41,232 nucleotides of DNA from IMG/VR virus record IMGVR_UViG_3300044698_000136, positions 1 through 41,232 of that record, one strand, 5' to 3'. Every line of letters begins with the position of its first letter. Positions within the stretch are counted from its first letter, which is position 1. Positions 25,098-34,386 of this stretch are shown here, piece after piece. Under the pieces are notes generated by a model. The model worked only from the letters and a program-made list of their open reading frames with translations, was not told the DNA's origin and did no database searches. A program made the position numbers and the translations under genes. Source of the DNA: a virus. Lineage: Duplodnaviria; Caudoviricetes.

Positions 25098-25691
25098 CTA
25101 AGGGGTGGAGTCGGTGCGTACGTCCTTCAGTGTTGCCATGAAATCCAACAGTTCGGGGTCAGCCCTGAACCACTCACCCATAGTACGCAAATGGCGGAAG
25201 GTGGCGTGGTATCGTTTCTCTTTGGCTTGTCCGCCCCTGACCACAAGTGTTGAGTCAAACTTGCGGCCTGCTGCGTGCTCCAAATCTCGAATGCGTTTAG
25301 TCGGTTGGATCGAAGTGCCGATCTTTATGAAGTCGTCGCGTCTGACAAAGTAGACGAACCCTGTTATCGGGTTGGTGTATTTGCGGCGGTTGGCGACGGT
25401 TTTCTGGTGGGCTCGGGCCGCATCTAACACTTCGGGGATGTTCCCCGCCGGGAGCCCGGCCTGAGCCAGTATCGCATCCACCAGTCGGGAGCCGTGTTTC
25501 TCGCAGAACGGTTGCCACACAGGATCCTGCATGTGGGGTCGTCGGCCCATGGTGTCGACCTCTGAGCTGCGGATGTCGAAGTGGACCGAGGCGATAAAGT
25601 CGCACCTCTCCCCCGTGGAGAGCAAAGCGTTGCACCGACGGGGTTTGGAGCTTTCGTCCACTGGTATGTGGTTTGCGCCGTATTCTCTCAT
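25098..25691 (-). CDS. GIY-YIG-like (T5orf172/MUG113) domain protein
   Basis: VYFV...IKIG.S..P.KRI...E...H..F...GEWF. Confidence 0.8.
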   Translation of the reverse strand: MREYGANHIPVDESSKPRRCNALLSTGERCDFIASVHFDIRSSEVDTMGRRPHMQDPVWQPFCEKHGSRLVDAILAQAGLPAGNIPEVLDAARAHQKTVANRRKYTNPITGFVYFVRRDDFIKIGTSIQPTKRIRDLEHAAGRKFDSTLVVRGGQAKEKRYHATFRHLRTMGEWFRADPELLDFMATLKDVRTDSTP

Positions 25692-25727
25692 CGGCTCAAT
25701 CTGGACACAGGTGTGGCACTGGCACCA

Positions 25728-25756
25728 ATTATACGGAGAAGGGGTGACAAAGTCAG
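25728..25756 (-). promoter_or_regulatory. candidate late promoter
   Basis: CTGACT-N17-TATAAT in the AT-rich gap at the early/late boundary. Confidence 0.55.
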
Positions 25757-25820
25757 TTTAATCAATCCGTTCTAGGAGAATCAGCCACCACGTTTAACGG
25801 ATGAGCTTTCGTTGGCGGAC

Positions 25821-26018
25821 CTACTCATCGGAGTCCTCAGCGTGTTCGGCCTTCGGCGGAATCGCTTCATCTATCGGCACGACTCGGCCCTTCAAGCAGG
25901 CAACCCCTGCCCTTACGTCCATGTAGGGGCAGTCCGTCCATTCATACTCGAACACTTCGTCATAGACCTGACCTGTCCCGTAGCACCGGGGACATTCATC
26001 GCCGACTTGAGCGCTCAT
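25821..26018 (-). CDS. small Cys-rich protein
   Basis: CPRCYGTG; ATGA coupling. Confidence 0.65.
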   Translation of the reverse strand: MSAQVGDECPRCYGTGQVYDEVFEYEWTDCPYMDVRAGVACLKGRVVPIDEAIPPKAEHAEDSDE

Positions 26019-26524
26019 GCTTCGTCCTCCCGGTGTTCGGCCAGCCATGCAGCCCACTTGCGAGCAGCGTCAAGGAGTGTTCTCAAATCGTATTGACCTG
26101 TTGGCACCCCAACGCCATTGCGAACATGTTCTTGGGTTGCTCCATCAACACGCTTTTGGACTCGGTTAATGACCTCGGTTAACTCCCTCACTTCGGTCTG
26201 CACTTCGTCCTCCCTGTGTTCGGCGAGCCATGCAGCCTTCGCAAGGTCCTTGATGGCTTTCGCCGTCTGTGGGGACTCCGCACAGTCGGGGCAAAACATG
26301 TAAGTGTGGGCGTGGCCGCAGTCTGGCCTGTCGCAGCCGCCGAGAGTCCCCGGCCCGCCACAGGTTCCGCACATGACTGTCAATAGGGCATCGACGGCAT
26401 GGGCGGCGTACGACTCAGGTTTCACAGACCCATAAGCAGAGCGAATGACCTGGATGGCTTCGTCCCTTGTCAACACCCGACGAGAACCGCCAGGAGAGGT
26501 TTCTTCAATCACTATTCGTTTCAT
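26015..26524 (-). CDS. modular Zn-finger protein with an internal repeat
   Basis: ATGA start at 26524; CGTCGG...HAHTYMFCPDC; AAWLAEHREDE twice. Confidence 0.7.
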   Translation of the reverse strand: MKRIVIEETSPGGSRRVLTRDEAIQVIRSAYGSVKPESYAAHAVDALLTVMCGTCGGPGTLGGCDRPDCGHAHTYMFCPDCAESPQTAKAIKDLAKAAWLAEHREDEVQTEVRELTEVINRVQKRVDGATQEHVRNGVGVPTGQYDLRTLLDAARKWAAWLAEHREDEA

Positions 26525-26817
26525 GTGTCTCTCCATTCGGCCAGCCATGCAGCCAGCGCCACCCGTTTCATCGGGTGCGGCCAGTTCGTCGCTATCGCTT
26601 TCGCCATTCTCCTCAACACTTCGGGACTGGGTTGCCGACCACGGATGCAGTCGGGGCAGGGGTCGTGGACGTGCCCATCCCGACAGAGGAACCCCAACCC
26701 TCCGCAGGTTGGGCATTCGATGGTTTTATCCATAGCGTCCTCCGCATCCTTCCAGCCCTCGTGGTAGGAACAGGGCTTCCGATACTGAGCACAGCACCCT
26801 TCTCGGTTGTCGCTCAT
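26521..26817 (-). CDS. small Cys-rich protein
   Basis: CPTCGG...CPDC; coupled starts and stops. Confidence 0.7.
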   Translation of the reverse strand: MSDNREGCCAQYRKPCSYHEGWKDAEDAMDKTIECPTCGGLGFLCRDGHVHDPCPDCIRGRQPSPEVLRRMAKAIATNWPHPMKRVALAAWLAEWRDT

Positions 26818-27071
26818 TCCTCTCCTCCGTGTAGGGCAGCAGACAGGGCAGCTTCGAGAGCTTCCTTAGCCCGATAGAGCCAAGCGTCTCCGAACACTTT
26901 GGCTACGGCATTTGCCATCTCGTCGGTGGGGCCGTCAAGGATGGTGCGAGGGCTGCCTACGTAGCAATAAGCGGCGGACGACTCGGGGTGTCCACCAGCC
27001 ACCAGAAGCGCTTCGTAGTGGAAGCGTTCACATTGGGGGCACGCCTCCTCAATGACGATTCTGCGGCTCAT
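26814..27071 (-). CDS. hypothetical protein
   Basis: ATGA coupling; RRIVIEE module. Confidence 0.7.
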   Translation of the reverse strand: MSRRIVIEEACPQCERFHYEALLVAGGHPESSAAYCYVGSPRTILDGPTDEMANAVAKVFGDAWLYRAKEALEAALSAALHGGEE

Positions 27072-27364
27072 TCGGGAACCTCGATGAGCAGCTTGGAGAC
27101 GATACGGCAGGGCGTAGCTAGAGGGTCAACGTATTCGGACCACTCGCACACATCGAGGGTGCCGTCGTCCTCTCGTGCGGGAACAGACTCATGCTGTACA
27201 CACCATTCCATTTCTCTGGTTGTCCCGTCTTCGAGAGCCAACTGACGGCGGGCAGCGTCCTTGATGAGACGAGAAGTTACTGCGGCCCTGCCAGCCACAT
27301 AGGCCGTGTTGTCTCGCCGGTCAAAGATTACGGCGTATTCCAACGCCTTCTCTAGTTCACTCAT
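27068..27364 (-). CDS. hypothetical protein, paralog of 37093..37422
   Basis: DAARR...DGT...WC.QH...VC...PC shared. Confidence 0.7.
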   Translation of the reverse strand: MSELEKALEYAVIFDRRDNTAYVAGRAAVTSRLIKDAARRQLALEDGTTREMEWCVQHESVPAREDDGTLDVCEWSEYVDPLATPCRIVSKLLIEVPE

Positions 27365-27606
27365 GAGTCTCCGACGCTCCCCACTCCCGACAGCCGTTTG
27401 CATGGCTGACAACGGACCTTCGCTTTAGTCATCACCACAATCGGGTCCCGTTTCAACTCCGTTCGGCAGAAGGCGACTATCGGCGCTTCGACAGCCACCC
27501 CGTCCTTGCCGAAAATGGCGATGTTGTAGCGCAGCCCGTCTGGAATGGAGGCGACGTGGGTTTTGTTCACTCCGAACTGCCGAACAACTTCGATGATGTC
27601 GCTCAT
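27361..27606 (-). CDS. hypothetical protein
   Basis: ATGA coupling at both ends. Confidence 0.65.
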   Translation of the reverse strand: MSDIIEVVRQFGVNKTHVASIPDGLRYNIAIFGKDGVAVEAPIVAFCRTELKRDPIVVMTKAKVRCQPCKRLSGVGSVGDS

Positions 27607-27968
27607 TCGTCCTCTATTCCGAGAGCAGCACGCAATGCGTCCTCGGTGTGATCCAGTAGAGCCTGACGATCACGGTGCCACTGGTATGTGCCTTGATAAA
27701 TCGCTTTCATCGCTCGCTCTGCTGCTTCCGGTGAGACAACCCAGCCCCTACCACCACAAGCAGGGCAGAACATGAACGTGTGAGCATGGTCACATTCATG
27801 CTTGGCGCAGCCACCAAGAACACCCTTCCCCTTGCATTCTTCGCAGTCGGTGACAAGCCCCAAAGCATGAGCCAAGTCAAGGCGGTCCACAGATACCCAG
27901 CCGTCAACAGCGGGTGAACCAAACGTACCCCGCACCCGCAGGTCTTCGATGGTTGGACGACCCTTCAT
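27603..27968 (-). CDS. DnaJ-like Zn-finger (CxxCxGxG) protein
   Basis: CEECKGKG...CPACGGRG. Confidence 0.7.
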   Translation of the reverse strand: MKGRPTIEDLRVRGTFGSPAVDGWVSVDRLDLAHALGLVTDCEECKGKGVLGGCAKHECDHAHTFMFCPACGGRGWVVSPEAAERAMKAIYQGTYQWHRDRQALLDHTEDALRAALGIEDE

Positions 27969-28171
27969 TTAATCGCCTCAATGGTTCGACGCTGCCATTC
28001 CAAATCCATGCGAGAGTCTGGATACACACGGTCTCCTGCACGGATCAGATACGCACCGTCGGGGCGTGCTGTCTGGTTCGCCTTAAGCGCCTCAATCAAC
28101 TCCTCGACTATCGCCTCGCCGATCCCAGGTGCCCATTGAGCGTCATCCCATATCAACTCTATTTTCCTCAT
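27965..28171 (-). CDS. hypothetical protein
   Basis: ATGA coupling. Confidence 0.65.
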   Translation of the reverse strand: MRKIELIWDDAQWAPGIGEAIVEELIEALKANQTARPDGAYLIRAGDRVYPDSRMDLEWQRRTIEAIK

Positions 28172-28413
28172 TCGTTCCCTCCCAACGCCGCATCGACAAT
28201 GGCCCTAACGGCTATCCGAGCCACTTCCAGGTCATCGTTCTCCCACAGACGTGTTTCGATTGCTGCTTCGTAGTCGGGTTCGATTCGGGTTGTGGTACCA
28301 CCCGGACACGGACGAAATTCGCCCCCGACAGGATGGCCTTCGATGGGTGTCCAGATCTCATGTGTGTCGAAGATCCCGTGTTCGCATTCGGTGATACGGG
28401 CTAGATAGGTCAT
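28168..28413 (-). CDS. hypothetical protein
   Basis: ATGA start at 28413; CEHG...CPGG module. Confidence 0.65.
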   Translation of the reverse strand: MTYLARITECEHGIFDTHEIWTPIEGHPVGGEFRPCPGGTTTRIEPDYEAAIETRLWENDDLEVARIAVRAIVDAALGGNE

Positions 28414-28592
28414 ACGGTCCGCTCCCATCCCTCGGCATCGTCGAAGTGGGCATCGATGTAGTGAGACATGGCTTCGGCCTGTTCCTTGAATGCCTGGTCG
28501 TCGGTTTGGCTGAACCTGGTCGCCCACTCGTCCCACCAAAACTGAGCCTCATGCTCGTCCGCAATCGGAATCTTGAAATCGGGAAGTCTCAC
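28410..28592 (-). CDS. 60-aa acidic protein, paralog of 649..822
   Basis: Direct alignment of the two ORFs. Confidence 0.8.
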   Translation of the reverse strand: MRLPDFKIPIADEHEAQFWWDEWATRFSQTDDQAFKEQAEAMSHYIDAHFDDAEGWERTV

Positions 28593-29212
28593 TGTTCTCC
28601 TATCTGGCCGGGGGGTACATTGTCCAAAGTCGGTTTACGGGGCGAATCCGCAGGTTCCGGATGCGTCAACGAGGTAGGACAGTCCATCCGCCGACGCCCA
28701 TAATTGCCACACTTCGAAAACCAGCACCGGCGGTACGCCCTCAAAGTCGGAGTGCCACAAAACCGGCAGTACAAATCCTCCAACCCCTTATTCCGACCGC
28801 AGGAATGGCAACCCTCCTTCAAATCCGGGTCAGAAGGTTTATGCAGCCACGCAGCGATCGACTCGCCCTCCTCCCACAGTCTCCGGTCCAACTGGGTCAA
28901 ACGGGTTTCGGCCCATACCGGTTTGAACGACGGAATCCCCGCAGGATCAGAATTCGTCTTGTTCGGGTCTAAATCTTTCAGTTCAGGGTCGAACGGTTTC
29001 TGCCCTTTGCCCGCGGTTGCTGACACCACAAGCGCAGCCAGCTCTCCAAGTAGGTGTTCGACCGTCCTACCGATCTTCGACTCCAACACAGTAAGTAAAT
29101 CTTCAGCTACCGGCACCCTCTGAACCACTTTGTTCAGCAGGGTGACTTCGCGGTGTTTCGTGAGCTGTTTCAGCTTCGACTTCGACAGGTCCTGGTCTAC
29201 CCGATCGGTCAT
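28589..29212 (-). CDS. hypothetical protein with a C-terminal Zn ribbon
   Basis: CHSCG...YCRFCGTP. Confidence 0.7.
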   Translation of the reverse strand: MTDRVDQDLSKSKLKQLTKHREVTLLNKVVQRVPVAEDLLTVLESKIGRTVEHLLGELAALVVSATAGKGQKPFDPELKDLDPNKTNSDPAGIPSFKPVWAETRLTQLDRRLWEEGESIAAWLHKPSDPDLKEGCHSCGRNKGLEDLYCRFCGTPTLRAYRRCWFSKCGNYGRRRMDCPTSLTHPEPADSPRKPTLDNVPPGQIGEQ

Positions 29213-29508
29213 ACGTGCCTCCCACTAGCAGTCAGAACGGCATCGATGAGCGGCCTCTCCTCGGCGAAGCACTTGCCGCACAACTGGCCCCAATTCCCCG
29301 AGGTCGCCAAGGGTGACGGATACGCCTCGCCCTTGCCCACACGCTGCCTTACCATGCTCGCCGGTATCCAGGTTCCGCAGTCGGCCCAGCCGGGAGCTTC
29401 GCCGTCAAAGCGGTGCCAGGTCTTGCCATGGTCGATCAGGACGGCGTTGCCGGTCAGCTTCCAGAGGCGCATTTGAGCGTTCAGCCAATCAGCGAGCGGC
29501 TTGGGCAT
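29209..29508 (-). CDS. hypothetical protein
   Basis: WH...CG...LCGKC; coupled to the next gene. Confidence 0.65.
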   Translation of the reverse strand: MPKPLADWLNAQMRLWKLTGNAVLIDHGKTWHRFDGEAPGWADCGTWIPASMVRQRVGKGEAYPSPLATSGNWGQLCGKCFAEERPLIDAVLTASGRHV

Positions 29509-29905
29509 CGTTCAGCTCCTTCAGTTTCGCGACTTCGGCTTTCCAGTCGACCTTCGCTCTTGACTCCCGGTGCAACCGGACAAGCCCACGCAACTCATCA
29601 AACCGACCCGGCAACAACCCATCAATAAAATCGTGCCAGTGAGCGATACGAGGCGTGAAAAACATGTGGTGGGCCTGACACATCGCAATAGCGTTATCCG
29701 GGTTCACCCGAATCGCGATCTCACCCCGCCCAATGATGTGACAGCACTGAAGGTTCCCCGAGCAGGCCACGTCGTAGGCGCCTGCCGCCCTACAGCGGCC
29801 ATCTCGAGCCCGGATGAAAACGGAAAAGAGTTTGTCGCCCTGCTTCATATAGGCAGGTTTCTTCTTCCGTTTTTTCGGCCCTGGCCCTTTAGGACGCTGA
29901 GACAT
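29489..29905 (-). CDS. NinG/Rap-like HNH-fold nuclease
   Basis: DKLFSVFIRARD..C...QCCHII.R...R.NPDNA...C..HH. Confidence 0.8.
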   Translation of the reverse strand: MSQRPKGPGPKKRKKKPAYMKQGDKLFSVFIRARDGRCRAAGAYDVACSGNLQCCHIIGRGEIAIRVNPDNAIAMCQAHHMFFTPRIAHWHDFIDGLLPGRFDELRGLVRLHRESRAKVDWKAEVAKLKELNDAQAAR

Positions 29906-30570
29906 CAGGACACCGTCGCAAACTGTGAAGCGAACTGCTCGCCTATGAATTTGGTGTACGCCGGAGGAACGGCTTCGGAGAGCTCCCGGACTGTAATTTC
30001 CCAGTCCACCCCCATCGCCGCCTTCTGGCGTTCCAACGGTTCGTCCCACGCGCCGACTTCGATGGTGTACCGCAGGTTCTCCCGATCAGTGGACGACTTG
30101 AATTGCCGAGTCCACCCCTTGTGATTGCACCCACCAGGAGCCATCGCGTCCCAATTGCCCAACTCGAACCAACGGTGACGGCGAACGTCCAGGCTGAACA
30201 TGGAGCCACAGAGGACAAGGTCGGGCCGTATTGGCGCGCCGGGGACGTTCTCGATGATGTAGGGGACACCAGACGCCTCTAACAGTCTCCTAGTGGGCTC
30301 AATGAGGTCTTCGTACCGTTCAGTGATGTCCTTCACCACGTTGCGATACTTGGTGAAATGCTGGCAGGGTGGGGAAGCGTGGATCAGGTCGGGTTGCACG
30401 AACCCGATGCCCCACGGCCCCTCATCTATCGTCATGACATCGGCCTGAAAGAACGTGAACGGATAATTCGGTTGAGGCTCTATGTCCAACCCGACGATCT
30501 CGGAGAACCCGGCTTGTGAGTAACCCATCGCAGCTCCACCAGCTCCGGAATACAGGTCGAGGAGTTTCAT
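29905..30570 (-). CDS. C5 cytosine DNA methyltransferase (short actinophage type)
   Basis: LDLYSGAGG, SPPCQ, ENV, RRHRWFE, EAVPPAY. Confidence 0.88.
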   Translation of the reverse strand: MKLLDLYSGAGGAAMGYSQAGFSEIVGLDIEPQPNYPFTFFQADVMTIDEGPWGIGFVQPDLIHASPPCQHFTKYRNVVKDITERYEDLIEPTRRLLEASGVPYIIENVPGAPIRPDLVLCGSMFSLDVRRHRWFELGNWDAMAPGGCNHKGWTRQFKSSTDRENLRYTIEVGAWDEPLERQKAAMGVDWEITVRELSEAVPPAYTKFIGEQFASQFATVS

Positions 30571-30743
30571 TTCAACCCGTCCATGAACTTGCATTCCCCA
30601 CACTTGGCGATCGTCCTAGCCCTACCCACCAGCCGCGCCGACGTTTCACCACGCTCCCCACACGACAAACATTTGACGACCGCCCGGCCCACCAAGTTCG
30701 ACGGATACAAGTTCTCAGAGCCTGGACGAACCCTGGCTTTCAT
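30567..30743 (-). CDS. small Zn-ribbon protein
   Basis: CLSCG...CGEC; ATGA coupling. Confidence 0.65.
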   Translation of the reverse strand: MKARVRPGSENLYPSNLVGRAVVKCLSCGERGETSARLVGRARTIAKCGECKFMDGLK

Positions 30744-31447
30744 ACTTCCCTGGTACATTCCACCCTCACCATTCCCCTCCCAGACGCGTACACTTCGGTG
30801 AACCCCTTCCCGTCACAAACCTCGCAGTCGATGTGCGCCCACAACCGGGTTGACTCCGCTAGGAACTCCCGGTCGTTCTCGGCTATGTGATGGCCCAACC
30901 CGCCGACGGTCTTGACCGGGATGCCTTCAAACTTCCTTCGTTGAGCTTCGGCCTTCGCCCGGGTCAGGTGGAATTCTGCGAAGCTTTCTGCTGCTGCTTT
31001 GTCACTGTCACTCTCACTGTCACTCTCAGTACTTCGTAAATCCCCGGATTCCGTTTGCGTTTCGGTCGTATTCGTGCGCTTTGACCTGGCGTTTCTTTCA
31101 CGTGTCACTTCACTGTTCGCCGTGTTGTTCCAGTCTTTCCAAGCTGTTATTTGCACGTCCGTGATGCGTCCGCGTCGTCTCTTTCGTGTCTGTTTGAGGT
31201 GTCCTGTCACTCTTAGGAACGTGTCCAGTTCGAACGGCGGTTCGGTTATCCCCAGGCTCGCCCAAGCCTCCGCGTCCGTGGTGTAAGAGAAGGTGCCTTG
31301 GATGTGGGCGCGTTTGGCGGCGGTCAGCATCGCCGTCCACACTCCGATACCGGCCGCGCCGAACTCGGTTTGAAGTCGGGTACCCGTCTTGTCGAAAGGG
31401 AATTCGACCGATAGTGGTATCCAACGTCTACGGCGACCATCCGTCAC
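30740..31447 (-). CDS. putative replication initiator / replisome organizer
   Basis: WIPLSVEF...FGAAGIGVW N-terminal domain, WKDWN, basic helix, low-complexity ESDS linker, C-terminal CEVCDGKG. Confidence 0.7.
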   Translation of the reverse strand: MTDGRRRRWIPLSVEFPFDKTGTRLQTEFGAAGIGVWTAMLTAAKRAHIQGTFSYTTDAEAWASLGITEPPFELDTFLRVTGHLKQTRKRRRGRITDVQITAWKDWNNTANSEVTRERNARSKRTNTTETQTESGDLRSTESDSESDSDKAAAESFAEFHLTRAKAEAQRRKFEGIPVKTVGGLGHHIAENDREFLAESTRLWAHIDCEVCDGKGFTEVYASGRGMVRVECTREV

Positions 31448-31497
31448 ACCGCCCCCTCTCCGTGGGGCATGGCATCATCCAATTTGACCCAAGCCAC
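31444..31497 (-). pseudogene. 17-aa relic of another initiator N-terminus
   Basis: MAWVKLDDAMPHGEGAV; coupled at both ends (TAGTG, GTGA). Confidence 0.5.
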
Positions 31498-32249
31498 TAC
31501 GACACCGCCTCCAACTCACGCCAACAACCAGTAGTCGAATGGTCCGCTACCAGTCCACCGCACACCTCGCAGCGGAGAGTGCCCACCGTTTCGTATTCGA
31601 CCACCGGAACACCCGGAGTAGTCGGAGTGACCCGGCGGTGCCGGTGATCCGGGTTCGGCTGGTACATTTTCCCGGTCGGGGAATGAACCCTCAACGGGAC
31701 AGGTTCCTCCATCAACGCCCGGAGGGTGCGCAAAGTGCCGGCCAACACGGTACGGAAGTTCACGGCCTGCAACGCCACTGCCTGAGGGCCGCTGACCCGT
31801 CTGCCGATCTCTGCTTTCGTCCACCCACGCCGGACCAGCTCACGGACAATCCGTTTCGCCTCCCCAGCGGGCACCTTCGCCCCATCAGCCACGTCCAACC
31901 GGGTCCACAACAGTTTGATTGCTGTCTCCCTCCGCAACCGCCTCGACGGAGCCATGCCTCGGGTGTAGTCGCCGTAGATGAGCTTCGACACAGCGCCATG
32001 AGGAACACCGGAAACCACGGCGATACGCTTCGGTCCCATCCCGGCAGCCATCAACATTTCGCAGTGTTCCCGAACCGGGCCAGCGTCCACCATCGGATGA
32101 CGGGTGATCCCAGCGTTGTATTTGATCCGCCGCCGGTCAGCAGCCTTACGAGCCGCCCCACAGTCGGCGCAGCGGCACCCATCCAATACATACCGGGCGT
32201 TCGTACCGCACTGGTGGTCGGTCTGCTTGTGGAGACAAGGAGGATTCAC
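31497..32249 (-). CDS. HTH DNA-binding protein with a GCRC Zn motif
   Basis: GT.ARY..GCRC..C; VDAGPVREH...GMGPKRIAVVSGV. Confidence 0.75.
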   Translation of the reverse strand: MNPPCLHKQTDHQCGTNARYVLDGCRCADCGAARKAADRRRIKYNAGITRHPMVDAGPVREHCEMLMAAGMGPKRIAVVSGVPHGAVSKLIYGDYTRGMAPSRRLRRETAIKLLWTRLDVADGAKVPAGEAKRIVRELVRRGWTKAEIGRRVSGPQAVALQAVNFRTVLAGTLRTLRALMEEPVPLRVHSPTGKMYQPNPDHRHRRVTPTTPGVPVVEYETVGTLRCEVCGGLVADHSTTGCWRELEAVS

Positions 32250-32728
32250 TTCAGACACCATCCGAGGTTCGATCGGTGGAGGGCTGCAGCGTTCTCCTCG
32301 CCCACAGCCACCAGAAGAGAGGCGAAGCGGGCTGTCCACCCCCGGTCATCACCAGGCTGAACAAACTTCACCCGACCCCGGACAAAACACAGCGCGTCAG
32401 CCTTCTCGGCCGCACTCTGAAACAAACGAGTGGAAGTGTCGCTTTGGATAAAGGCGATCCCGTTGCCATGGTCCATCAGTCGCACCACCCAAGGCGCCGG
32501 GTCGGAATAGGGCGGGTTCAGCCACACACGACCGGACCACGGACGACTCAGGCCGTCCTCGGCCTCTGTGTAATGCTCGGCCGCGGGTATCCACGGCACC
32601 CCACCAACAGGCGCGCAAGGGTCAAGGTCGTATGTCAGACCCAACGCGTCGATGATGTAAGGCGGCGTGTACCAATCGTCGGTACCCATCGCCTCAACCT
32701 CCGGGAGAATTCCGGGCAGTCGACTCAC
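32246..32728 (-). CDS. phage N6-adenine DNA methyltransferase (Dam-like)
   Basis: DDWYTP, LDPCA, DGL..PW, WLNPPY. Confidence 0.88.
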   Translation of the reverse strand: MSRLPGILPEVEAMGTDDWYTPPYIIDALGLTYDLDPCAPVGGVPWIPAAEHYTEAEDGLSRPWSGRVWLNPPYSDPAPWVVRLMDHGNGIAFIQSDTSTRLFQSAAEKADALCFVRGRVKFVQPGDDRGWTARFASLLVAVGEENAAALHRSNLGWCLK

Positions 32729-33696
32729 TCAGCGCCCACGTCGAAGATCAGATCCGAACCCGAACCCGACAAGTAAGTTTTCGGCAAAACTCCGTCCCAC
32801 CTTTGGAGACGAGTCCACTCCAAGTATTCGACTGGAGTGAACCCGAGGGCTGCCGCAACCTCTTCGATCGCTTCGCGTTCCGCCTTGGCGACTTCGATAC
32901 GAGCCTGCGCGGCACCCTTCGCCGTAGCGATAACCTGATCAGCAGCGTGCTTTGCGGCGTCGACAAGCCGTTGCTGTTCGGAAGCCTTCTGATCGGCGAT
33001 GATCTTCGCCTCAACAGCAGCAAGGAAGTTCTTCGCGAATATGGCGTCCTTGACGTTGATGCTTTCGACCACGATCCCGTAAGGTGCCAGCCGGTCCTCT
33101 AGGGCGACTCGCACCTTTTCGGCGAGCGCCGCACGATTCGCAGCAAAATCGATGGCAGCGAACTGCCCGACGGACTGTGTGACCAGCTGGAGGACAGCCG
33201 GGGCGATAACAGTCTGCTGGTAGTTGAGTCCGACCGCCTGATACAACTCCGCTGCCTGGTCAGGTTGAATGTGGTAGTTAACCGCGACAGGGACCGTGAC
33301 TTCCTGCAAATCCAGAGACTGGGGGTAGACCTCAACCTCGTAGACCAGTGTCCGGACGTTAACCATCCGAGCCGACTGCACCCACGGGATGACGAGGGAA
33401 AGCCCTTCACCCCGCTCCACAGGCGACACACCGCCTCCCAGGTTGTAGATTGCCGCCCGGTGTCCAGGGGGGGTTATCACAAGGGCGGGTAGGAGCACAG
33501 CAGCAGCCACAAGGCCGATAACCGCCCGTTTCCCGGCCCCGGCAACGTATTGGCGTTTACCCTTACGAGCAACACCATCCGTTTCCGTGGTGGGCCGGTG
33601 GGAGCCTTTGAAATAGACCACCAGCACAGCCACCACGGCCACCAGGTACAAGAACGGCTGCACCAGTATTTCCAAGCCGAACGAATCAAACATCAC
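32725..33696 (-). CDS. SPFH/prohibitin (band 7) membrane protein
   Basis: Two N-terminal TMs; PPGHRA, GEGL..VIPW, SLDLQEV, AVEAKIIA.Q, RWDGVLP. Confidence 0.92.
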   Translation of the reverse strand: MMFDSFGLEILVQPFLYLVAVVAVLVVYFKGSHRPTTETDGVARKGKRQYVAGAGKRAVIGLVAAAVLLPALVITPPGHRAAIYNLGGGVSPVERGEGLSLVIPWVQSARMVNVRTLVYEVEVYPQSLDLQEVTVPVAVNYHIQPDQAAELYQAVGLNYQQTVIAPAVLQLVTQSVGQFAAIDFAANRAALAEKVRVALEDRLAPYGIVVESINVKDAIFAKNFLAAVEAKIIADQKASEQQRLVDAAKHAADQVIATAKGAAQARIEVAKAEREAIEEVAAALGFTPVEYLEWTRLQRWDGVLPKTYLSGSGSDLIFDVGAE

Positions 33697-33931
33697 TCTT
33701 CTCCTTTGGGTATTCGGTTTTGATGGTCACCCACCCGGCCTTCTCCGCGTAGAAGGCAGTCGCTTCTTCAAGCGACGTGAACTCGTGGCGCTCTGGAGAT
33801 CGGGAGTAATACGGTGATACGAACCCCGGTTTGAAGACGATCCACCGCTTCTTCCCGTTGAGCTCGTTGACCTCGTGGATGATCCGCCACGTAGGACTCC
33901 TGTCAGGTTTGGGCTTACGTCGTAATCTCAT
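33686..33931 (-). CDS. hypothetical protein
   Basis: ATGA coupling. Confidence 0.65.
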   Translation of the reverse strand: MRLRRKPKPDRSPTWRIIHEVNELNGKKRWIVFKPGFVSPYYSRSPERHEFTSLEEATAFYAEKAGWVTIKTEYPKEKSDV

Positions 33932-34386
33932 TGCTCTCCTTCTTCTCTTTCGAAACCGTCACGTTCCCCAGTACGAGAATCGTCCGGAACTACAAACACC
34001 AGATCCCCCGGATACGGCGCGTTCTTCGACCACGCCTGCGTCAACCCTCCATCGAACGTGGGCCAAATCTTCTGGCCGGTCAGAATGCTCATGCAATCCG
34101 ACTCCGACCCGCCGTACCCCTGCTCGCGGATACCCCGACAGAAGCCCGGTTGCACCTTCGTGAGAGCAGGCGCCGAATCGTCCGTACCGCGGCATTCGCG
34201 GGTGGTTTCGGGGTTGGGTGCCCCCTGGTTCTGCCAGAACGACACACCCGCGCAGTACCCTTCGACCTCGCTCTCAGCTAAACGTTGAAGGTTGGCGTCG
34301 AACAGGGGAACCCTTCCGGGGTCGCGGATCAGGTAGAAACCTCCCCCGACGATCGCCAACAAAGCCAGGACAGCAAGCTTCTTCAT
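33928..34386 (-). CDS. single-pass membrane or secreted protein with 4 Cys
   Basis: MKKLAVLALLAIVGGGFYL signal/TM segment. Confidence 0.75.
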   Translation of the reverse strand: MKKLAVLALLAIVGGGFYLIRDPGRVPLFDANLQRLAESEVEGYCAGVSFWQNQGAPNPETTRECRGTDDSAPALTKVQPGFCRGIREQGYGGSESDCMSILTGQKIWPTFDGGLTQAWSKNAPYPGDLVFVVPDDSRTGERDGFEREEGEQ

